Source: Fimbriosthenelais zetlandica (taxonomy: Eukaryota). From it: 64,000 bases of DNA. The position numbers were made by a program, and so were the translations under genes. The stretch spans positions 45,818,001 through 45,882,000 of the forward strand of contig OZ365109.1 of the NCBI GenBank assembly GCA_977030845.1, in the 5' to 3' direction. The notes under the pieces were generated by a model that saw nothing but the letters and a program-made list of their open reading frames with translations, did no database searches and was not told the origin of the DNA. Positions 27,681-39,256 of the stretch are shown piece by piece (within the stretch, counting starts at the first letter, position 1; every line of letters begins with the position of its first letter).

Positions 27681-28200
27681 AAATATGGTATTTGCAGATA
27701 TCTTCAAATACCAAATATGGTATTTGCAGATATCTTCAAATACCAAATATGGTATTGGTATTTGAAGATATCTGCAAATACCAAATATGGTATCTGCAAA
27801 TCATTTGAATTAGAGATATCTTCAAATCATTTGAAGATATCTGCAAATCATTTGAATTAGAGATATCTTCAAATCATTTGAAGATATCTGCAAATGATTT
27901 AGAGATATCTTCAAATCATTTGAAGATATCTTCAAATACCCAATAAATGTCCCTATGGCGTTCTTTATTTAAAGTTATCTTCAAATGATTTAGAGATATC
28001 TCTAAATCATTTGAAGATATCTCTAAATGATTTGAAGATATCTTCAAATAAAAACGATTTGCAGATATCTCTAAATCATTTAGAGATATCTCTAAATGAT
28101 TTGAAGATATCTTTAAATCATTTAGAGATATCTCTAAATCATTTGAAGATATCTTCAAATATTTGCAGATATCTTCAAATATTTGCAGATATCTTCAAAT
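27681..28200. repeat. Right-arm array of the same palindromic monomer, with a GGTATTTG...CAAATACC variant at its inner end
   Basis: About 20+ copies. The variant units lie at 27681-27790. Confidence 0.93.
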
Positions 28201-29235
28201 ACAGAATAAATGTCCCTATGGCGTTCCATACGCAGGCCTGATTTTGATTTTATCGCCAGTAATACAATCGTCCCGGCGAAATTTAAGAAAGGTCCTGCAT
28301 GTTGGGTTCGCCCTAATGGTTGCGTAACGTTACGTATGCAACAATATTGTATTCACTTCTCTGTTTTTGAATATAACTATTAATTATATTAATTAAATGT
28401 CATGTGTTGATCCATATGCCTATAAAATGTTACGGTGTTGTTGCAGGTAGTTGTTCAGAACCTTAGTATATAAGTGTTTATTCATAGGAGGACACAGTTT
28501 CAGTACAGATTCTTTGTGCCTTTTTCCTCAATAAACTTGAGCACCTGAACCTCCCCCTGCGAATAAAGAGTTTTGAAAATGTATATTCCTTCATATATAG
28601 CTCGAGAATTTCCCCACTTGAGCAATGCTGACATTCTATTACTATGAAATTCAAAGGCCAGACTATAATATAGATCCATTGAAATTGGCAATTGCAATAA
28701 ACTGGTGTGCTGTTTCAAAAATCAAATATAAAGCATGGATTTTTGTCATATTGACAGTTATTTCAATGAATCGAAAATTCCCACACGATTTTTAAAAAAA
28801 TGTAACACTTAGTTTAACCTCGCTTTACTCCCTAGTACTACTGTCCCACTAACTACCTTTGAAAGTATAAAAGTCTTTCTTTGCAATAGTTTTCTTTGCT
28901 CAAACTCATAGGGGATTATTATTTTTTCAGATCGGATTCGTGAAAAATGTTTCAAAATACAATAATAATCGTTTTATGTTATCTGTAAGTGTATGTAGTC
29001 TTTCTGATATCAATCAAATTCTTAATAACTTTAAACAATGAATTCGATCGAAGGTGTGGGTGTTTCCCCAGAATATTATATTCACTCTAGCTCCATTATT
29101 ATAGGCTATTTTATCTACTATTTTTATCTGATAATCTCGGAAATAAACAGCATTACGTTTATAAAACAAGTACTCGAGTAACATGCTTCAGTATAAAATA
29201 GTATACATGTGAATCAGTAGGTTTACGCTTTAGCT

Positions 29236-29937
29236 TTAAACGGCGCAAGGAAATAGTTTTCCCGTTTTCATTCCATAGTCAATTTGTAGCAAAATTAATA
29301 CTTTGATAATGTGATCATATTTTATGTCAATCCTCCTCCCAGTTGGCTTGCTTTCATCGATCGTCGTGCAGAAATGGCAGAGGAATTCCCTTGAAGACAG
29401 TTTTAGGAGGATGGCTTTGGGGAATGGCATTTTGCAGTTGGGGCAGGATGAGGAGGAAGCTTCATTAAATACATAGAAGGAAGGAGAGAGTGAAGTGGGC
29501 GCCGAGAGCTGCTCGGACTCGCCTGTGTGGGAGTAATTTACAGATGCTCTAACGTGTTGCACATGGTTAGGTCAGCTTTATAATGTGCTGAGAGCTTCCA
29601 GGCTATACTGCTGGCGGACATCAGGTCTGTAGCCTATAAATGATGCTATAGTCATTACTGCAATTAGAAGATCTAGGAAACTAGATTTCCTCCCAGGGAA
29701 TTTGGAATTCCACATTGAAACATCCCTTACGATAAAGATGAAAGTCATTTGATTTTTATTTATTGGTTTGATGGACTTTCGTTCAATTTCAGACACGATC
29801 TAATAATCGTTTGAACGGCTTGTCAAGGCTTTGAGGACTTTCATATTTTCCTGCCAGTTCAGAGGAATTTATCTGAAGCTTCCTTCCTTATGATCTGCCG
29901 CTGGAGCGATAGGCCCCTATATCCCTTCTCGGATTTT
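29236..29937 (-). pseudogene. Possible decayed coding frame ending in a CxxC-x15-CxxC motif (origin unknown, possibly TE-derived)
   Basis: Track ORFs 29578..29796 and 29236..29562 are in the same frame. That frame extends to ~29937 with five stops in ~234 codons and contains CPNCKMPFPKAILLKLSSREFLCHFC. No family recognised. Confidence 0.25.
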
Positions 29938-30519
29938 AAAGCTCAGATCAAAAGAAAGGTAAAATATATAGCGATCTAGTTTCTTTATGGATCAATATCT
30001 GGAAACGTGTTCAAGAAATTAGGCCTAATTCTGACAAAACAATATTGTCCAACTGAAATGTCCTTGCAGCAATTTAAAGGTCTGGAGCTACAGGCAATAT
30101 TTGGTATGATCCATACCAATTTCTTACCAGCAAAATATTATTACACGTATAGGAAGCCTCTCTGTCCAATCCTTCACCGCGAATATAGCCTATAAGTACA
30201 GTTATGAGAATAAATGGACTCCCTGCATAAAATAGACCTACTTATAGGTGCATGTCATGACCACCTCAAGATTTGCTCTCAGGCAACTGGGAAGCTGAAA
30301 GATTGCATGGGCACGCGTGAGAGATGGAGAATTCTGGGAAGCACCCTTTACAATCTCACGAATGAGATATGATGATTTTGCTGTGATTCGAGGCGGGGAA
30401 AATTGCGATTAAAGAGTAAGGGTCCATGAGAGATGGAATGGTTCACTAGCTTAGGTCCATATCATGAAGATTTCCAGCAGATTAGATTCGCTTTCTCAAC
30501 ATTAAACTTGGTTTGGGAT

Positions 30520-31380
30520 GTAGGCCTACGGAGGGCTTTGATAGCCTAGATCGATCGTGTTGCCATGTGAGATGGCTGGTAGCCTATATATGTTTCCCAG
30601 AGTATTTTCACGATAGTCCTATTCAGAATAGGCTAGGCCTAGAAATGAAGACATGTATAGGCTAGCCCATTTAGGCCTACCTATAGGCATAGGCCCTATG
30701 CATAGGCCTAGGCCTATACCCGGTAGGCCTAATTCATAATTCGTGGTGGACTGGTGAGGGTGGGTGGGGGGGTGATGATAGACCTAGGCGGCTAGGCACT
30801 AGGTCTTTAATGGAAATCCCATCAAGATGAGGCTAGGCTTCTCATTGAAGACACACAAACGTTATCTAGCCTAGAACAGTAGCCTACAGGCCTAGGCCTA
30901 ACATAGACCTAATTATAGGCCTCCAAATAGCCTAAATCTCCATAGGCCTGGGCCTAATTTTGAGCTTTCTGCACATGGTCGTTAGGCCTATGAAGAATTT
31001 AGTGGGCCTAGGCCTAGGTAGAATGGCATAGGCTCCTTACGTAACAAAGGCATAGGTTCCTATGCCTACCTGGACTAGAATAGGCCTACTTTAGGCCTAG
31101 GCCCCTACTGAATAGGCCTAGACCTAGGCTTAGTGGAATGGTGGCACGAGGAAAGAAATTTTCATGTCTGGAGCAAAAGACCCACTAGGTCTAGGCCTAA
31201 TGCTTTGACTAGATGGAATCGGGCAAGAGGTCCATTAGGCTAAAGAGGCAAGAGGCCTACACCTGGGCGTTCTGTCCCTCATTAAAAGTAGGGGCCTCGG
31301 CCTAGGGCCTGGTCCTAGCCTATGACCTTGGCCTAGGCTACGGTATAGGCCCAAAGTCTAGGCCTAGGCCTAGGCCTATG
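30520..31380. repeat. Dense non-periodic cluster of TAGGCCTA/AGGCCT/CCTAGG palindromes
   Basis: About 20 or more occurrences in ~860 bp with unique spacers, ending in TAGGCCTAGGCCTAGGCCTA at ~31359-31378. Smaller clusters occur at ~21720-22690 and ~32560-32690. Confidence 0.85.
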
Positions 31381-31389
31381 TCCTTGTGG

Positions 31390-31745
31390 GTCCCTCACCC
31401 AGCTGGCGCAGAACGCAGTGAATCTACCGCTAGTTCCTGGTTTGCTTGCTAGGAGCGCCAGCGTCGGCTGAGCGTTGTATCTGCTTGTGGTTGCAGCCGG
31501 TTACATTCAGTACCCACACAGACACCACCCAGTTCACAACACGCGCTGGATCTTGAGCATAACATTGGCGGCCGTTGACACGCTTGTCCATCACCTACAC
31601 ACCCTTTCTGGACCTTTACTCGATCGTGGATAAACAGTCTGTGACCCCAAGATTAACTTGAAAGGCGGGGTTTACCTTCTGTGCACGTCAAACCACTCCG
31701 AGGTACCGAGTGTCCCGTTGTTACACTTCCATTGACTGAGACTCT
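31390..31745. promoter_or_regulatory. CpG-rich promoter/first-exon-like patch, possibly bidirectional
   Basis: About 20 CpGs in ~350 bp against a CpG-poor background. There is a minus-strand donor TGG|GTGAGG at ~31398 and a plus-strand donor AAG|GTAGGT at ~31784, with TAGGCCTA clusters on both sides. Confidence 0.4.
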
Positions 31746-33715
31746 GAGTGGTCAGGACCTTTTGTTTTGAAGGCAGATATAAGGTAGGTTCACAACTTCA
31801 GAAAGGGATTTACAAATATTACAACAGATACTTTCATTCATGGGGTCCCCATCTAGTATTTAAGGTATCAGGAAATGCGCTGGGTCATGAAATTAAACCA
31901 GGTTGCGCATCTTTTAGGGCATTTTATCCAGATTGTAGGCAGGCATGATAGCGTCTTGGGTTGGGGCCCGGGTGGGGTGATTCACACTGCCCGTGCACTG
32001 CCAAGGCATCCTCCGTCAACTGAAAACTAGCCTGGCAGGACTGGGCTGGGCTGATTCTTTGGGTGCCTTTTCCAGCATAGAGCAAGCAGTTTGTCTGATA
32101 TCCCGAACAAATAGCATTCACGAAGGAAGGTGTGGTTTTGCGAGGTTCCAAATGAATCTGACTGCGCACTGCGATATCTTTGAACCATCTTCTGACTTTC
32201 ACAGCTGGAGACTGGTCTGGAGGGATGATCATGACATGTGGGCGTTGTCCAAGCGTGTTTTCTATTGAAGTTTACATGTGTATTCCCCAAATAAAATGTA
32301 GTTCAGGATACCTTCTCTATTCAAGATCCATAACGTGAGGCAAGTAAGAAGCTCTAATTTTCTAAATGAGAATATTATTTAACTTTAAAGTTTAGCTTAG
32401 CCTGGCTAAAGCCAATGGTTCTTTATTTGAGCCTGAGCCTGAGGTGCCCAGAGAAGCTGGAATCTATGATGATTTTAGAACGACTGCAAATAATTTACCC
32501 ACTTTAAGTTCCACGTGTCTTGTGTGAAGCTAGGCCTCTGGAACTGGTTCCTATCCAATTAGGGCTTCTGGGGCTTATGGCCATGTTCTTGAAGATGTAG
32601 GGCTACGGCCCGGGTACCGGTAGGCCTACATTGTAGGCCTAGGCCTATAGCTATATAGGCAATACGTAGGCTATAAATATAGGCCTAGTAGACATAATGG
32701 AATTTTAACAAGGAAATAATCGAGAATACAATTTATAGAATTTTAATTTTAATTAGCCTAAGCTTAATTCCATGACCTGAACGTTGTCGATAATACTTTG
32801 AATAATGATTTTATATTACTTTAACCATCAATCATAATTATTCCATCATCTGACTCATATCAGTGTATTGAAAATGCTTAGAACTTGAAAGTAGGCCAAC
32901 GAAAATAACGCCATTGCCATTGGCCCCACTTTGTGTGAAACCTCATCCATATAATTGTCAAATCGTTGTCATTTGCTCTAGTAGGAAGTCAATGCCTTAC
33001 ATTTAAACACCCCACAGTAATGACAACACACCTGGATTCTCACTGCTTTATTAGTCGGGGTTTTGGAGCTTCTCCAAACCTCCTCTCTGCACAGCACTGA
33101 CTGCTATGGTCTATGGCTATTGCTCTAATACACAAATCTTCTTTATCCAATTTTCCACACTGGAAAAAAACTTTGAGATCTGGTGTTCGACTTTTAGTCA
33201 TTTAATGTTTCCTTCACAATGATACAAAGAAGCTCTTGCCTGATAGAAATTTCTTATTTGTGAATTATTCCTTCCTCGATAGGCCTGCACAAGGTTTTCA
33301 TGTCGGTATGATGCAGTTACTAGCAGATGCCCATTAATTATCATCTGCTCTACCTCAAATGTTATACACATGTGATACAAAATAATAAGTGATCCCAGAA
33401 TATTTAGCCTACCTTGTGGTATGTACGCGATCTGAAGGCCTACATATGGAATTTATCATCCAATAGACCATGCTGTCGATAATGTATAAATTCTTTGATA
33501 ATCTATTGTCATCCATGCTGCTACCTATTAATTTTCATAGATACAATCGTCTACCGGTATTATAGGCTACTACAAAGAGCCTGTTAAAAGCATAATCGTT
33601 TGTGTAATTTGTGTACCTTTCTATGACATGACATAGGCTATTTAATTTACAATTTCACCTAAACTTAAGCCCCTATTATAGATATCATGTGAATGTAAAT
33701 TTTTGGACATTGGTA

Positions 33716-34447
33716 CAGTAAAACCTCATTATAGTGACCAACTTGGGGGCTCCGAAAAAGTTTACAATTTTCACTAAATTCCATAATCAATGTTTACTAA
33801 AATCCAGAAGTTCCATAATCAGACTGTCATAATGTCACTTTTACCGTCATATTCTACCTCGCCACATCATGTGGACCAAACCCATTGAACATGGGAAAAG
33901 CTTATATTATTGGACGCTATTATGAAACTCCCACTCATCCTCCTTCCCTTCCAACCCCTGGGCTATAAGTTTACATTAAAGGCATCTAACGGCAATATAA
34001 TGCCTGTCCAGGCCATTCAGGATATGACTAGAAGGCAGGGGGAGCTTTGATGAGTGCCAGGTAGCCTATACCTTATTACTGACCTGTGTAATCATGATAG
34101 GTCAGTCCTCACTCGCCCCAGGTAATAGTAGAGCCTATTTATAACTATATTATAGCACTATAATATATATTTCATCATTATTTATTTAGGCACCAATGGT
34201 ATAATATTTCCCAGAGCTGAAGATTGAATTTCTAATATAGAAGATGGAGAAATTCCCATTTTGTGAGTCCCTCCAACGAGTATAGAATGATTCTATACCT
34301 ATTGGCCCCTCCAAAGAACACATCTGCATAGTGAAGATGTTTTTTAGTTCTTGAGATGTATCATGTAGTGAATTTATGATTGTCTCTGTAAATATTGAAC
34401 ATTTTCTTTGAGTCCTAAAATTTTCCACTATACAAGAGGCTTTACTG
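33716..34447. mobile_element. pogo/Tigger (Tc1-mariner)-like MITE
   Basis: TA|CAGTAAAACCTCATTATAGTG at the left and an imperfect inverted copy ...GAGGCTTTACTG|TA at the right. TA flanks both ends. Confidence 0.5.
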
Positions 34448-36873
34448 TAAAGTTCAGACAGTAGGCCCACAATTTTTATTGATCAATCTAAATAATTACT
34501 GCATATATTATGTACTGTACATTATTCTGTACTTAGCTAACGCTTGCATACAGGCCATTGTAAAACTATAGGCTAAAACATTGCTTTAAAATGCTGCCCT
34601 GTTCCTATGAATACATTAAACACTTAAAACTTTATTAGCCCAAACTGGAAAACTTTGATTGGTCAACCTAAATAATTGTGTTATTTATTTTCTGCATTTA
34701 TATCAAGGATACTCTATGTGTCAAAAGTGTAATATGTGTTGCATATATGTGCAGTACTTGATACCATTGTTCTACGTTATCATATGTGTACTCTGGTATG
34801 AATTATGTTTCACTTTTGTCATGCTCAGATGGCTTCTGGTAGAGGTGAGGATTGATATGGTGGGGTGGTGGGGTTGCTTGGTAATATACATGTGCAATTG
34901 AGAACATTATCGCGTGCAGATTTCTCGTGATAGCACGGGGCGAATGGGTTACATAGTAACACTATGATGGGACTGAAAATAGCAGAACATGCTGAGCTAG
35001 AATGATAAGGATGATACACCAGATGAGGGGTCTAGTCTGTGATAAGCACATGTATGTACTCTATACTACTAGTATTACTAGATAGCATGGAGTTTAGCAT
35101 TTTGGGTGTGAACACAACAGTACCCCTATCTTAAAGTATAAATGTTATTTTGACATGATTCAAATAGGGAAATGTGAGAAATACTCCTTTGTAAGTTATA
35201 GACCACCTGAAAGTACATATAATATGATGAACACATAATTCTGCATTTGGTTGAACTATTACGAAAGTCTTTTTTAACTTAAAAAAAGCCTTATTATGAC
35301 TAGTCATTGAGGCTGTCTCATTAGCAGGCTCGGTTTCCACTGAGTTGATTGACCTATGAAGACACACACAGAAATTTCACTGGGGACATAAGCGATATTA
35401 ATTATTTAATAATATTAAATATTTTCATTAGGGGTACAGGTCTAGAGGAGTTTTGGTGTTTTAATACATGGGGTATCCTACACCGTCTCCACTAAGATCA
35501 GATACGGTCTATAACCAAACTCTCCATCCCTACCTTTACTTTCGCCTCAAATATCACCTTAGTTCAGTCCATTCATTAATGTCTGGGTGTTCATTTAATA
35601 ATAGATAACAGAACAATAGATTATGAAAGATCCAGGCTTCTGGGACCCTTTTCATAATCAGCTGAGCATAGCCATACCGGGGTATATATTTCTGTTATGA
35701 AACCGGCTTCAGGATCTCATTGGTACAGGAGGGTATTTGTACTAGGCTCCCTGATGACTCATTAATTTATGATTAACCTGTTAAGTCAGCCCTATTGTAA
35801 GTAATTACCTTAATTAGATTCGGTTGAATTATCCCATGAGATCAGAAATAATACCTTCACGCTCGTGTACCGTGTCTTATTGTGATATGATTATAAATGA
35901 TCAACATGTACCTTTATGGTACAGATTGTTGTGTGGAGGCAATGACCCAGGAACAGTATTTCACTTCATGAGATATTCTATCTATTATATCGTTAATTTC
36001 TCTTGTGTCAAGTTATGATTTGAACGGATATTAACATTATTTTATACGATAATTACTTGTGTACACGGAATAACCAACTATGAATATTTTTATTAGTACG
36101 TGTATATCTTCTTAATTGAATCTCAGAGCATTCTGTGCCGACAGTGTGTTTCCTCTTTGTCCTGAGATACCCGGAAAAAATTGCTGACCAGACGTAACAA
36201 AATATTCTCTTACTACAAACTTTACAAGTAAATTTTCCCACATTAGGCCTAACTTTAAAAAATGACTTATTTATAAGCCTAATCATTCATAACTTAAAGA
36301 AAGAAAAATCTATGTGTTTTAGATCTATTCACAGTGAATGGTAGCAGCTCTAAACGCCTGGGTTCTGGAGACAGTGAGTAGCAGTTTGCTTAATACATAC
36401 ATGTCTCCTGTGTCTGGCTGATGTGGGCATCAGGTGCACCTCTTTTACCTCTCCTCATCGCTGTTAAGTGTTGCATGATGAGGGGGAAGACAGATCACTT
36501 GTGCTAAAGCCCTGTTGTTTGGTTACATATGTATGATTTTCTCTCCTACTATTTTGTCATTCATATATATAGGCCTAAATAATTGATCTATTTTTTTCGA
36601 CCATCAGTGAGTACTCTGCAGAGAATAGTGTTAAAAAATCACTTATGAGTACAGCAGAACTTGACATGCATTCGGTTAAAAAATTCACTTTATATGTGTA
36701 CAGTGCTCAGAACTTAGCATGCATTCAGCACTGTCTCCGGACTAAAGAAACCGTGCAGGCATACAATTTCGGAACAAAACACTATTCATTTTACAACCAA
36801 CCCGTTATACATCAAAAATATGTTCAGTCCTAATCCAAGGGTTGTTGTCAGGCAGCTAACTGCTATACAACCA

Positions 36874-36927
36874 ATATACGACGAGGACACAGGCATATAT
36901 TTGGCAGCAGTATTTAATAATTCCTCC
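36874..36927 (-). repeat. Split direct repeat B2 (54 bp), 3' terminus of the element
   Basis: Identical to B1. Confidence 0.95.
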
Positions 36928-36963
36928 TGGTATGAACAATGAATACACATAAAGCAGAATTAA

Positions 36964-37099
36964 AAAGTTTTTGATGCGGGTGCTGGCGCCTAACGGACAC
37001 TGGTCGAACGTGACGTAGGGCCTTAACGACAACCAGACAGTAACCATGGGCCAGTCTCTCTTGGCGATATATCTAGCGACTCGGGGCGGTCGCTAGGAC
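36964..37099 (-). repeat. Split direct repeat A2 (136 bp)
   Basis: Identical to A1 and directly abuts B1. Confidence 0.95.
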
Positions 37100-37153
37100 A
37101 TATACGACGAGGACACAGGCATATATTTGGCAGCAGTATTTAATAATTCCTCC
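37100..37153 (-). repeat. Split direct repeat B1 (54 bp)
   Basis: ATATACGACGAGGACACAGGCATATATTTGGCAGCAGTATTTAATAATTCCTCC, identical to 36874-36927. Confidence 0.95.
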
Positions 37154-37199
37154 AAACTGCCAAATATAACCGAAGTCAAGTCAAGTATGAGCACACCAT

Positions 37200-37530
37200 T
37201 TCCAACCTCAACTCCTGAGATGTAGAGGGTTGAATGTAAGAGTTAAACAAGAGGATCTCCAGCGACCCCTTAATGTTAATTATGCTTGACACACTGAACC
37301 TGAAGCCATATGAGTGGCTCTAGTATTGAAGTAGTAGTAGTTGAATCTGGCAGAGTGTAGTCTAAAGTCTTTCACCATATATCCAGTGCTTGATATCACT
37401 TCATAGATATATGGAGATAAGTAAAGTTCACAAGTCATGAAGTCACTTTCCACTGATGAGTAGGACAGTCTAGACAAATAACAGCCCAAGAATCGGAATG
37501 ATAAAGTTAACATTTGCTTCCAAGGCACCC
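37200..37530 (-). pseudogene. Decayed C-terminus of the tyrosine recombinase
   Basis: LHSAR (HxxR, 37357-37346), then RATHMA, a TAA (37282-37280), LTLRGRWRSS (GRW at 37267-37259), a 1-bp frameshift, and YIQP (Y at 37238-37236). This matches the HSxR...GRWxS...YI pattern of DIRS/Ngaro recombinases. Confidence 0.7.
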
Positions 37531-37649
37531 TCGTTTGTGTCTGACACCACTAATATATATAAATCTAAACAGTCTAAATAGTGAAACACTGAAAGATGAA
37601 GGCACGACGACAATGTTTCACCAACAAATCTGAAAATGCTGTTAAGATA

Positions 37650-38321
37650 ACATGGCCCATTGGCTATTTCCTTAGATACAAACTTGTACATTTGTGGTAT
37701 AGTTTTATCAGAAAGTACGGATTGATAGTTCCTCTCATCATATGGAGTCACCTCAGTGTCGAGATCACTGACACTAATATTATCTATCAAACTCTCAAAC
37801 ATTTTTACACGGGCAATTGATGGCTTCACAAATCCGCCATACAACATATAACCAAGCCTACACGGTTTGAGCTGACTATTTACACCATCTAATGTAAATT
37901 TGCAATTACAAATACCTAGTGAACACGACTTTAAAACATCAATAGAAACGCCAGCGGGCGATAATGGGGCTTTGACTAACAAACGGTCATCTCCCATCTC
38001 AAAGTTAACATTTTTACAAGCATAAGCAGGTGGTTCTGTCTCACCCAAGCCCCTGTCACAAGGGGCACTATACGAGCTTATAGAAAATACATTGTACTCA
38101 CATTTATTTTGAGAAACCTTACAAGTATTAAAGTGAGAAGTGGCCTCTGCTGCATCTTGACCGCCATCTTTACGGGAGCAGCTCGTTTCTGCATCATAAA
38201 CATCCGGGTCCGCATGAGGGACCAGTTCATGATAACTAACAATATTTTCGCGGGCTGTCACAACATGGCAAACATCTAGGTCTACACTAGCACTATTGAC
38301 CAACTTCTCACTGGCTAAATC
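37650..38321 (-). pseudogene. pol: Truncated pol (N-terminal, pre-RT region), cut before the RT core
   Basis: Open frame directly after the gag stop. YDERNYQSV...KEIANG resembles the segment preceding RT in DIRS-order Pol. No RT (Y/F)xDD motif or RNase H follows, and the rest of track ORF 37470..38303 looks like read-through past a deletion. Confidence 0.65.
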
Positions 38322-39206
38322 CTATCTAGATTTACCCGATATGTCCGTAGGTTTACAATCCTTGAGAGAGTGACTCTCCGAGTTGCATGCGGAGCAGCGA
38401 TGAGTGTAGAGGCAGGACTTGGAATGGCATCCGTTGTCAGTGTTGAAGCGGAAGCAGATCTTCATAGACATAGCTTCGTTACTGGACGAAGTGGCCGGTT
38501 TCACTGAAGCCTCCTTACTATTTTCAAAAGAAAAGAAGCGGAAGGAATCCTCGGGAGAGGGTTTGTCAAACGCTCTTACTCCTATTTGTTTCGCTTTCTT
38601 CCGGGTTTCAGCATCATACAATATGAAAGCACGATCCTGGAATGATCCTGTAGCCGCCTTTTCACACAGGCTCAATGTGTACTTTATGATCCCTTGTAAA
38701 GCCTGACCATCCTCATTCAGATCCTTCATGGTTTTAAGAGTTACCACCATCAAAGTTTCAAAAGAGGTGATGCTCTCACCTTTAGTAAGATGCCTCGACG
38801 GTGAAAATAATTTCTTGTTTGTTTTCCTCCGACGTCTCTTACTTTTACGCCCTCTGGACTTTGAGCGAGAACTACTGCGGGATGACGAGCTTGAACTGTC
38901 AGATTCCTCGCTGTTTGAATAGCAATCAGAAGGAGACGAGCTAGAACTATCTCTGGTTTTCTTGCAGTGTTTATCCTTCAGAACCACACTGGCTACTCTG
39001 TTAAGAAGTTTCTCCATTTTCCCAATGCGGGTCTCTTCCAACACAGATGCACGGACAGATGCGCCTCCTTCCCTGGATGGTTGAACTGCCTCCTCCACGG
39101 TTGGCTTCTCAAACTCGGCAGAAAATTGACATTTTTCTCCCGTAGGCGGCGAATGTGTGTAACCACACTTGTGGCAGCTCCTAGCCCCTTTCTTCGGCCT
39201 ACCCAT
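38322..39206 (-). CDS. gag: Gag-like ORF1 of the Ngaro element (294 aa from MGRPKK)
   Basis: Uninterrupted ORF. It has an N-terminal CHKCGYTHSPPTGEKC finger, a Ser/Arg-rich linker, a YDAETR motif (like the YD..FR of DIRS-order gag), and a C-terminal CFRFN..GC....C.YTH plus CSAC....HSLKDC double zinc finger. Confidence 0.85.
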   Translation of the reverse strand: MGRPKKGARSCHKCGYTHSPPTGEKCQFSAEFEKPTVEEAVQPSREGGASVRASVLEETRIGKMEKLLNRVASVVLKDKHCKKTRDSSSSSPSDCYSNSEESDSSSSSSRSSSRSKSRGRKSKRRRRKTNKKLFSPSRHLTKGESITSFETLMVVTLKTMKDLNEDGQALQGIIKYTLSLCEKAATGSFQDRAFILYDAETRKKAKQIGVRAFDKPSPEDSFRFFSFENSKEASVKPATSSSNEAMSMKICFRFNTDNGCHSKSCLYTHRCSACNSESHSLKDCKPTDISGKSR

Positions 39207-39256
39207 GTTCCAAGACGGGAATATGATAGGAATTTGCAAGGAAAACTCGCAGCGGC

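Larger units (their letters stand above)
25884..28231. mobile_element. Foldback-like non-autonomous TIR transposon (2348 bp)
   Basis: 45-bp perfect TIR GTATGGAACGCCATAGGGACATTTATTCTGTATTTGAAGATATCT. GCAG is duplicated on both flanks (25880-25883 and 28232-28235). Both arms continue into palindromic repeat arrays around a ~1.1-kb non-coding centre. Confidence 0.9.

Noticed and set aside
25869-28241. KISSNHL/KISSNDL repeat ORFs on both strands
   Set aside because: They arise from the 21-bp palindromic monomer of the foldback arms.
32027-32290. DKLLALCWKRHPKNQPS resembles protein-kinase subdomain XI
   Set aside because: Upstream subdomains IX and X are absent, three frames are open here because of GC content, and the conserved Arg is missing.
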